A DNA stretch of 16,054 nt from Candidatus Sericytochromatia bacterium (GCA_036676495.1 JAKFCT010000009.1:1-16054), one strand, 5' to 3'; shown: positions 7,582-14,621, counted from the stretch's first letter. Notes: generated from the letters alone by a model not told the origin. Translations and numbers: made by a program.

Positions 7582-7809
7582 ATGAACAACAAGATGGTAA
7601 TCGACTTCGTGAACCGCCTGGCCGTTGATGAGTCTCTCCGTGAGAAGCTGGAAACCGATTTCGAAGGCACGCTCACCGAGCATGCGGTTGCGGTGACTCC
7701 GCGCGAGTTGGCCTCCCTGAAGGCGAGCTGGCGCTTCATCAAGGATGTCAACCCGATGGAGCTCGAGGCTCGCTTCGTGGCGGACGGTGACGGCGGAGAC
7801 CACTGCTAG
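7582..7809 (+). CDS. Putative RiPP precursor peptide (75 aa), NHLP/Nif11-clan-like leader, C-terminal core FVADGDGGDHC
   Basis: AAGGAG RBS (7568-7573). The helical leader IDFVNRLAVDESLREKL resembles NHLP/Nif11 leaders. An ELEAR motif precedes a short D/G-rich tail ending in Cys. It is followed by a hairpin and a radical SAM gene. Confidence 0.8.
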   Translation: MNNKMVIDFVNRLAVDESLREKLETDFEGTLTEHAVAVTPRELASLKASWRFIKDVNPMELEARFVADGDGGDHC

Positions 7810-7830
7810 TTCTGCTGGTTTACTGCATGG

Positions 7831-7863
7831 GGGGGGCAGGCGCAAGCCCTGCCCCCCTTTTCT
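7831..7863 (+). terminator. Intrinsic terminator/attenuator between precursor and radical SAM gene
   Basis: 10-bp stem GGGGGGCAGG / CCTGCCCCCC, C-GCAA-G loop, followed by TTTTCT. Confidence 0.75.
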
Positions 7864-7883
7864 ATTTCGAGGACGGAGGACGC

Positions 7884-8918
7884 ATGTCGCCAGGTAATGA
7901 GGACCGCCCGGATGTCTTTCATCTCCAACTCTCGGTGACCAACGCCTGCAATCTTCAGTGCGTGCACTGCTACCGTGACGAGAGCAAGGCCTTCCGCGAC
8001 GAGCTCTCCGTGGAAGAGATGATCGCACTCTTCGAGCAATTCAAGGCCTTCCTCGATAAGCGAGGCATGGAGGGGCTCATCACCTTCGGCGGCGGAGAGC
8101 CGCTGCTGCGCCGCGATCTCGGTTTGCTCGCGCGAGTCGCCCACTCGATCGGCCTGGCGGTCCGGATCATCACCAACGGGGTGCTCTCGGCACGGCAAGC
8201 CGAGCATCTGGCCGAATGGGGCATCCGCCTGGTCCAGGTCAGCTTCGACGGAGCGACCGCCGAGGTGCATGATCGGGTGCGGGGCGCGGGCATGTTCGAT
8301 AAGGCCCTGGAAGGCTGCCGACACCTCCTGGCGGCCGGCATCCACGTCAACCACAAGGTGACGCTGCTAAAGGGCTTCAACGACCACCAGATCCCCGAAT
8401 TCTTCGCCCTGGCCAACCGCGAGCGGATTCCCTTGCTCTCCTTCGGCCACCTCATCCCGATCGGCTCGGGGGCTCAACTCAACCGGCTCACGCCCGAGGA
8501 GCATCGGGCGATCTACGACCGCATCGCTGCGGAGGGAGCCCGCTCGGAGTTCACGCGCTTCGAGTTCCGGGAGCCGGGCTTCGACCGCTCCATGGCCTGG
8601 GGACGCCACCGCCCTTACCGGTCGAGCGAAGGAGTGAGCCATCTGGCCATCGACGCCGACGGTACGGTCTTCACGAGCCGCCGGATGGGGATGAAGATCG
8701 GCAACATTCGCGGCTCCTCCTTGGAGGAAATCTGGCAGCACCCCTTGCTGGTCACGCTGCGCGAAGGCAAGATCGAGGGCAAGTGCGCCAGCTGTGAGCT
8801 CTTCTCGGTCTGCGAAGGAGGGTCGCGCGCGGCGGCTTACGCCCTGACGGGGAACCCCATGGCCTCGGATCCCGATTGCTGGTATTCGCCTCAGGCCTCC
8901 CTGGTGACCACCGCATGA
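7884..8918 (+). CDS. Radical SAM/SPASM-domain protein (344 aa), putative peptide maturase
   Basis: CNLQCVHC (CxxxCxxC), GGGEPLLR, ITNG and VSFDG core motifs. C-terminal CASCELFSVC...DPDCW. GGAGGA RBS before ATG 7884. Confidence 0.93.
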   Translation: MSPGNEDRPDVFHLQLSVTNACNLQCVHCYRDESKAFRDELSVEEMIALFEQFKAFLDKRGMEGLITFGGGEPLLRRDLGLLARVAHSIGLAVRIITNGVLSARQAEHLAEWGIRLVQVSFDGATAEVHDRVRGAGMFDKALEGCRHLLAAGIHVNHKVTLLKGFNDHQIPEFFALANRERIPLLSFGHLIPIGSGAQLNRLTPEEHRAIYDRIAAEGARSEFTRFEFREPGFDRSMAWGRHRPYRSSEGVSHLAIDADGTVFTSRRMGMKIGNIRGSSLEEIWQHPLLVTLREGKIEGKCASCELFSVCEGGSRAAAYALTGNPMASDPDCWYSPQASLVTTA

Positions 8919-10072
8919 GCGGGAGGGCGCTCGGCATCGACCTTGGCAACGCCAAGGTCAAGTTCGTGGCCTTGAACGAGGCTTCAGGCGGCCCCGAGGC
9001 GCTCTGGGGTGGTGGGACCATCCCTTACACCCCGAAGCGCCTTCCCGATCGCCGGCATGACTTCGACGAAGGCCTTCCGGCCGCCCTGGCGCGCTTCATG
9101 ATCACCCATGCCTTCACTCCCGAGGATTTCGAGCGGGTGGTCGTCTCGACCAGCCACTTCTTCTCGTATCCTTCCTTCGAGGCGGCTCACCTCCATACGA
9201 TGGAGCTGCTGGAGCGGATCTTCCCGGCCTCCGCCTTGAGGTTTCTGGGTGCCGAGGGGCGCCTCTACACGCTTGCGGAGGCCCGGGCCCTGACGGGATC
9301 TCAGGTCGTGCGCTTCGCCGCCACCAAGTTCTGGGGCTCGGCCTACCTGGCCTCAAAGCTCATCCCGCACGGGCTCTCCATCGACACCGGCACGACCTCG
9401 ACCGATCTCATTCCCGTCGTGGACGGGAAGCCGGATCCGCTGGCGGCAGGGGACCCCGATCGCTACAACCTCGACCGTCTCAAGACGGAGCGCTTCATCT
9501 GGTACGGGATGACGGCCACTCCCCTGGATTACCTCGCCCATGAGGCGGAGGCGGCGGGCGAGATCTGGCCGCTCTATCCGCGCGTGGCCAAGACGGAGGT
9601 GCTGACGGCGATCTTGGGGCTGGCCCCGCGCGAGCTGACCGAGGCCCATGCCTACGGAGGCCAGTTCCCGAGCGTCGAGGAGGCGCGCTTCCAGCTCGCT
9701 CAGGCCTGTGGGCTCGATGTTCACCTGATGGGTGAGAAGACCCTCACGGAGATTGCCCGGGATCTGACGCGGCGCATGGTCGAGCGGATCGCGGCGTCTG
9801 TCCGCAAGGTCGCGGGCCATGCGGGTCTGGGGCCGCTCGAAAACGCTTATGGCGCGGTCATGGGTCTCGGGCGCGAGTCCGTGGCGCGAGAGGCGCTCTT
9901 GCAGGCAGGTTTCCGCGCCGAGCATCTGGTCGACGTCGAAGCGGTGCTGGGCGCAGGGCTATCGAGCGTGTCGACCGCCTACGGCGCAGCCCTCAGAGGG
10001 CTCGAGGATCTTCTCGGGAAAAGGCTCGAGATCCGGAGCGAGCACGCGGCAGGCGCTACGCGCTCGTCTTGA
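8915..10072 (+). CDS. MfnF-like / hydantoinase-oxoprolinase (ASKHA-fold) family protein (385 aa)
   Basis: ASKHA phosphate loops LGIDLGNAKVK and SIDTGTTSTDLIPV, and DRLKTERFIWYGMTATPL, resemble MfnF and H4MPT-linked C1-transfer proteins (GxDIGGANxK, DxGSTTTDIIP, DxxRL...VYxGxxRTP). ATGA overlap with the radical SAM stop. Confidence 0.75.
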   Translation: MSGRALGIDLGNAKVKFVALNEASGGPEALWGGGTIPYTPKRLPDRRHDFDEGLPAALARFMITHAFTPEDFERVVVSTSHFFSYPSFEAAHLHTMELLERIFPASALRFLGAEGRLYTLAEARALTGSQVVRFAATKFWGSAYLASKLIPHGLSIDTGTTSTDLIPVVDGKPDPLAAGDPDRYNLDRLKTERFIWYGMTATPLDYLAHEAEAAGEIWPLYPRVAKTEVLTAILGLAPRELTEAHAYGGQFPSVEEARFQLAQACGLDVHLMGEKTLTEIARDLTRRMVERIAASVRKVAGHAGLGPLENAYGAVMGLGRESVAREALLQAGFRAEHLVDVEAVLGAGLSSVSTAYGAALRGLEDLLGKRLEIRSEHAAGATRSS

Positions 10073-12479
10073 GCGTGACCAGGGTGATGTCGTCGAACGG
10101 CGGACCATCTCCCGTGAAGTCGTGGATCTCGCCGAGCAGGCGCTGCTGGATCTCGTCCGGGGAAAGGTCGAGGTTCTGGGAGACGATCTGCTCCACGCGC
10201 TCCTCACCGAACTGCTCCCGCTCGGAGTTCATGGCGTCCTCGGCTCCATCCGAGTAGAGGACCAGCATGTCGCCGGGATTCAGGGTGAGGGTCTGCTCCT
10301 CGTAGGTCATCTTGGCCAGCACGCCCAGCGAGACCCCCTTGGCCTCGAGCCTGCCCACGGAGCCAACCGGGAACGGGTTTCCGGCATTGGCGACGCAGAG
10401 ACTCTGGTCGCGAGAGTCGTAGATGGCGTAGAGGGCGGTGACGAACATCTTGCTCGACGGGCGGTTGAGGTAGATGAGTTCGTTGGCCTTGGCCATGACC
10501 GCTGCGGCCGACTCGTTGCCGCGCGCGATGGAGCGGAAGATGACCAGGGTCATGGCCATGAGGAGCGCGGCGGGGACCCCCTTGCCCGAGACGTCTCCGA
10601 TCAGGATGCCCAGGCGATGGGGGTCGACTCGGATGATGTCGTAGAAGTCTCCTCCGACTTCCAGGGCGGGCTTCGAGAGGGCGGCCAGCTCGATGCCGGG
10701 CAGGGTGGGAATCTTGGAGGGCAGGAGGCCCGCCTGGACTTCGGCGGCGATTTCCAGCTCGCGCTTGAGGCGCTCCTGGCCCGCCACCTGGCCGATGAGC
10801 TGGGTATTCTTGAGCCAAACCGAGAGCTGCTGGGCGAGGTTGACCAAGAGGAGCCGGTCGATCTCCTTGTAGTCGAGGTCCGACTTGCGCGGGCCGATGA
10901 GGACGCACCCGATGAGATCGTCCTTGTCGAGCAGGGGCACGACGAGCGCGTGCTTCATGGGGCCGAAGTCGTCAGGCTCGGAGGCGATGCCCTTTCCGGA
11001 GCGGCCGACCAAGGCCAGCCTCGGATCGATCACGGAAAGGGCGAGTTTCGTCCCCGGCTCGAGTCCGAGGGATTCCTTGAGGTGAAGGTCCTCCGTGCCC
11101 TCCTGGCGCAGCAGGATGGCGAGGCTGTCCGGGTAGAGCGCATGTTCGACTTGCTTGATGAAGGCGCAGAGCAGTTGCCGGGAGTCGAGGGTTTCGCGGG
11201 CCTCGTCCCCGAACTCGGTGACGATCTTCTGGAAGTCGTAGCCGGTCCGGAAGAAGAGGCGGTCGACGAGGCTCTTGGTGCGATCGCGCATGGGGGAGAA
11301 GGCGATGGCGACGACCGCCGTGGCGATGATGTTGGCGGCTCCCGATTGCTCGCCGATGAGCATGCGCACGCCGCCGATCAGCAGGAAGTAGAGGCCCAAG
11401 AGCGAGGACGTGACGATGGCGTAGGTAATCGTCCGCTTGATGATGACGTCGATGTTGAAGAGTTTATGGCGGACGATGGTGTAGGCGACCGCGAGCGGGA
11501 AGAGCGTGATGGCCAGGTAGGCGAGTTCGGCGCCCGGGAACGAGAGGCCGAAGAAGAAGCCGATGTTGATGCCGATGGCCGGGATGAACGCGGCGGTGGC
11601 CCCCCAGAGGATGACCTTCGCTTGCGCGCGCTGGATCGCGGTGCTGGTTCGACTGAGCAAGCTCCAAGTGGCCGCCGCGGGCAGGCTCACGGTGCCCAGC
11701 GACCCGTAGGCGGTCAGCAGGAGGTAGGTCGAGAACCAGCGCTCGGAGGCGAAGTAACTGCCGAGGACGAAGAGGGTGACCCCGATTCCGAGCGCGAAGC
11801 TGGCCCCGCGGATCCATGGGTATCGATCGAGCAGGGGGGCCCGCCGCGGCAGCTGCAGGGCCAGGTCGATGGCGAAGGTCCCCAGGAGGCAGAAGGCCGC
11901 GGTGTGGGGAATCAGGGAGAAGTAGTAGGTGGTGGACGCCTCGAAGTGGCTGAGGAAGAAGAGGGCGAAGACCGAGCAGAAGAGCAGGTAGGCACGCGCG
12001 ACCGGGTCTCGCGGCTTGACGATCGCGACGAACGCGCCGATGGCGATGTGGAAGACCCCCATCAGCCAGAAGGAGCCGAAGATGCCGGCCCAGTCCCAGA
12101 AGGTGAATTTCTGGGTGGGGACGACCTTGGTCATGCGGATAGGCTCGTCAGAGCCGTTGGCCCGTTCGATGCCGTAGGTGATGGAGCTGCCCACCGGCTT
12201 GGCGGCCGCGTACCGGTAGATCATCTCGCTGGAGGTCACGGGCATGCCGTCCACGGAGACGACCCGATCGGCCGCCTGCATGCCTTCTTGAATCCCGTTC
12301 CATCGCGGGGAGTACAGCGAATCGAGGCAGTGGTTCTGGAGGATGACGAAGCCCGGGAACGTGCGATTGATCCAGGCCGCCGAGAGCACGAGACAGATCG
12401 CACTGAAGACGATCAAGAGGGTCATCGACGTCCAGAAGGCGGTTTTTTCGAGTTTCCGGGGTAACGTTATGGCGTTCAT
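10056..12479 (-). CDS. Membrane sensor PP2C/SpoIIE (RsbU-like) phosphatase: N-terminal TM, PDZ-like domain, multiple TM helices, GAF-like domain, PP2C
   Basis: PP2C motifs VGGDFYD, IGDVSGKG, LYSDG and FDDIT. PDZ-like GMQAADRVVSVDGMPV. Many hydrophobic helices. GAF-like LVVPL...LIG...LGPRKS. Start is ATG 12479 or GTG 12482. Confidence 0.9.
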   Translation of the reverse strand: MNAITLPRKLEKTAFWTSMTLLIVFSAICLVLSAAWINRTFPGFVILQNHCLDSLYSPRWNGIQEGMQAADRVVSVDGMPVTSSEMIYRYAAAKPVGSSITYGIERANGSDEPIRMTKVVPTQKFTFWDWAGIFGSFWLMGVFHIAIGAFVAIVKPRDPVARAYLLFCSVFALFFLSHFEASTTYYFSLIPHTAAFCLLGTFAIDLALQLPRRAPLLDRYPWIRGASFALGIGVTLFVLGSYFASERWFSTYLLLTAYGSLGTVSLPAAATWSLLSRTSTAIQRAQAKVILWGATAAFIPAIGINIGFFFGLSFPGAELAYLAITLFPLAVAYTIVRHKLFNIDVIIKRTITYAIVTSSLLGLYFLLIGGVRMLIGEQSGAANIIATAVVAIAFSPMRDRTKSLVDRLFFRTGYDFQKIVTEFGDEARETLDSRQLLCAFIKQVEHALYPDSLAILLRQEGTEDLHLKESLGLEPGTKLALSVIDPRLALVGRSGKGIASEPDDFGPMKHALVVPLLDKDDLIGCVLIGPRKSDLDYKEIDRLLLVNLAQQLSVWLKNTQLIGQVAGQERLKRELEIAAEVQAGLLPSKIPTLPGIELAALSKPALEVGGDFYDIIRVDPHRLGILIGDVSGKGVPAALLMAMTLVIFRSIARGNESAAAVMAKANELIYLNRPSSKMFVTALYAIYDSRDQSLCVANAGNPFPVGSVGRLEAKGVSLGVLAKMTYEEQTLTLNPGDMLVLYSDGAEDAMNSEREQFGEERVEQIVSQNLDLSPDEIQQRLLGEIHDFTGDGPPFDDITLVTLKTSA

Positions 12480-12488
12480 CACGGACGG

Positions 12489-13556
12489 TTATACCCAGTC
12501 GTTGGCGGCATGACTCATTTGTGCGGTCAAAAGGGCTCCCAAGGCCAGGGCCGTCGTGACCTCACGGCTCTGATAGGCGCTTTTTCCGAGGGTGAAGTAC
12601 AGCGGTTCGGCTTGCCAGGCGCCGTCTGCTTCCTGGCGGTCAGCGAGCCAGTCCGCGGCGAGCCGGATTGCGTCCCGGCTCTCCGGCGGTGCCCAGTCAC
12701 CACCGGCAGCCAGGGCCTCGAGGCAGAAGGCGGTTTCCAGGACGGAGGGGCGCAAGGCCGCATCCTGGTACTTGGGGACGGGCGAGCGATCGGGGATCCA
12801 GTAGCCTTCGTGGGTTTGGCGCTGGAGGAGGGTTTCGAGCGCCTCCCGGACCGCGGGGCGCGCTTCGGCCGCGAGTTCCGGCTGCCGCGCGGCCACGGCG
12901 CGCAAGGCGCGGGTCCCTTGCAAGGTGCCGTATCCCCAGCCCCAGTACCAATGCGCCGCCCAGCCTTCGGGTTGCTTCTTGCGGATGAGCCAGCGGGCTC
13001 CGTTTGCGAGCCGCTCGGCAAATCGCTCGGGAGCGTAGTTCGCCAGGGCAGCCAGGAGGTTCGCCAGCACTTCCGGGTGGCAGAGGTCGTCGCCACCCGC
13101 CCAGTTGAGGCGCGCCGCATGCGCCTCGTCAGGGTGCTCAACCAGCCAGGTGTTGCAACTGCCGTCGGGGTGGAAGTTCGTTTCCAGGAAAGCGAGCGGC
13201 CCTTCCAGGATCGCGTCGCGATCCGGCCAGCTCAAGCGGGTGAGCAAGTGGATGACATGCGCGAGGTCGTCGGCATCGGGAGGTATGTCCGGGTAGAGAT
13301 TGAAGTAGCGCCATCCCTGCGGCTCGCCCAGGTCGGCGATGTTCGCGGCCTCGCGTTGGGCAAGCCGCCATGCGGTGTCGGACTGCAACTCCGGGCGCGC
13401 AAGCGTGAGCGCGATGAACGCCATGGGGAAGACCGTGCCGATGAGCAGAGGAACTCCCCGATAGCCCGCCTGGACTTCCCAAGCACCGCGGAAGCTCGAG
13501 TTGCTGGCCTCCACCATGTAACTCAGTGCCTGGGCGACCGCATCGGTTTGCTTCAA
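12489..13556 (-). CDS. Prenyltransferase/squalene-oxidase-repeat (alpha/alpha)6 barrel protein with DxDD motif; single-domain class II terpene-cyclase-like (355 aa)
   Basis: GWRYF...YPDIPPDADD (DADD at 13277-13266); QW-type repeats KQPEGW, RQTHEGYW and RQEADGAW. GAGGAG RBS 10 nt before the in-frame TTG 13556. Confidence 0.72.
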   Translation of the reverse strand: MKQTDAVAQALSYMVEASNSSFRGAWEVQAGYRGVPLLIGTVFPMAFIALTLARPELQSDTAWRLAQREAANIADLGEPQGWRYFNLYPDIPPDADDLAHVIHLLTRLSWPDRDAILEGPLAFLETNFHPDGSCNTWLVEHPDEAHAARLNWAGGDDLCHPEVLANLLAALANYAPERFAERLANGARWLIRKKQPEGWAAHWYWGWGYGTLQGTRALRAVAARQPELAAEARPAVREALETLLQRQTHEGYWIPDRSPVPKYQDAALRPSVLETAFCLEALAAGGDWAPPESRDAIRLAADWLADRQEADGAWQAEPLYFTLGKSAYQSREVTTALALGALLTAQMSHAANDWV

Positions 13557-13575
13557 GGGGTGACATCTCCTCAGC

Positions 13576-13606
13576 AAAAAGGGGAGGGCCTTACGCCCTC
13601 CCCTTT
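13576..13606 (-). terminator. Intrinsic terminator after accA
   Basis: Minus strand GGGGAGGGC-GTAAG-GCCCTCCCC followed by TTTTT. Confidence 0.85.
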
Positions 13607-13608
13607 AT

Positions 13609-13634
13609 TTACCCGAGAGACTGGATTATCAACC
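13609..13634 (-). promoter_or_regulatory. SigB/SigF-type promoter for the cyclase-like/PP2C operon
   Basis: Minus strand GGTTGAT-N13-GGGTAA, with the same geometry as the 7502-7527 site. Confidence 0.5.
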
Positions 13635-13642
13635 CTTTCGGG

Positions 13643-14620
13643 CTAGTACTCCTCGGCGTACCGACCGATCTGCCGGTACTTTCCGTAGCGGTCCGAAACC
13701 AGCTGGAAGCCCGGAACCTTCGTGAGCTCGTCGAGCTGGATGCCGAGGGCCTCCTTGAGGTTCTGGGCAGCGGCCACGGGGTCGCGGTGCGCTCCCCCGA
13801 TGGGCTCGGGAACGATGCTGTCGACGACTCCGAAGCCGATCAGGTCTTCTCCGGTGAGCTTGAGGATCTGGGCGGCCTGCGGGGCCTTGGAGGCGTCCTT
13901 CCAGAGGATGGCGGCGCAACCCTCGGGACCGATGACGGCGTAGTAGGAGTGCTCGAACATGAGCACGCGATCGGCGACGCCGATGCCGAGCGCTCCGCCG
14001 GAGGCTCCTTCCCCGATGACGACGGAGACGATGGGCACTTCGAACTGGCTCATTTCGAGCATGTTCTGGGCGATCGCCCCCCCTTGTCCCCGCTCTTCGG
14101 CCTGAATGCCGGGATAGGCTCCCGGGGTGTCGATCAGGGTGATGATCGGGAAGCCGAACTTGGCGGCATGCTTCATCAGGCGCAGGGCCTTGCGGTAGCC
14201 CTCGGGATGGGCCATCCCGAAGTTCCGCATGATGTTGTCCTTGGTGTCGCGTCCCTTCTGGTGGGCGATCACCATGACGGTCCGGCCGTTGAAGCGGGCG
14301 AGACCGCCCACGATGGCCCGATCGTCGAAGCCCATGCGATCCCCGTGCAGCTCGGTGAATTCCTCGGTGATGGCGAGGATGTAGTCGAGCGCGGAGGGGC
14401 GCGCCGGGTGGCGGGCGATCTGGATCCGCTGGATGGGGGTGAGGTTCTCGTAGATGGCGCGGCGGATGTTGAGGGCGCGCTCCTCGAGCAGGCTGATCTC
14501 CTGAGTGAGGTCGCCGTCGGACTCCGTGGCGAGTTGCTTGAACTCTTCGATCTTCTCCTCGAGCTCCAGGATGGGGGCCTCGAAGTCGAGCGCGAAGCGG
14601 CGGGATTCCTTGATCTTCAT
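13643..14620 (-). CDS. accA: Acetyl-CoA carboxylase carboxyltransferase alpha subunit
   Basis: LDFEAPI, ARHPARP, ELHGDR, RNFGMAHPEGYRKALR, IDTPGAYPG and GEGASGGALGI motifs. Confidence 0.98.
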   Translation of the reverse strand: MKIKESRRFALDFEAPILELEEKIEEFKQLATESDGDLTQEISLLEERALNIRRAIYENLTPIQRIQIARHPARPSALDYILAITEEFTELHGDRMGFDDRAIVGGLARFNGRTVMVIAHQKGRDTKDNIMRNFGMAHPEGYRKALRLMKHAAKFGFPIITLIDTPGAYPGIQAEERGQGGAIAQNMLEMSQFEVPIVSVVIGEGASGGALGIGVADRVLMFEHSYYAVIGPEGCAAILWKDASKAPQAAQILKLTGEDLIGFGVVDSIVPEPIGGAHRDPVAAAQNLKEALGIQLDELTKVPGFQLVSDRYGKYRQIGRYAEEY

Positions 14621-14621
14621 G

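Noticed and set aside
7884-8918. Assigning the radical SAM as pqqE, mftC or ahbC/D-nirJ
   Set aside because: No pqq, mycofactocin or heme-biosynthesis genes are nearby. The precursor lacks PqqA ExxxY and MftA IDGxCGVY motifs. No gene symbol given.
9819-12464. 881-aa plus-strand ORF
   Set aside because: Antisense shadow of the PP2C gene, which carries clear family motifs. Long stop-free antisense frames are expected at high GC3.
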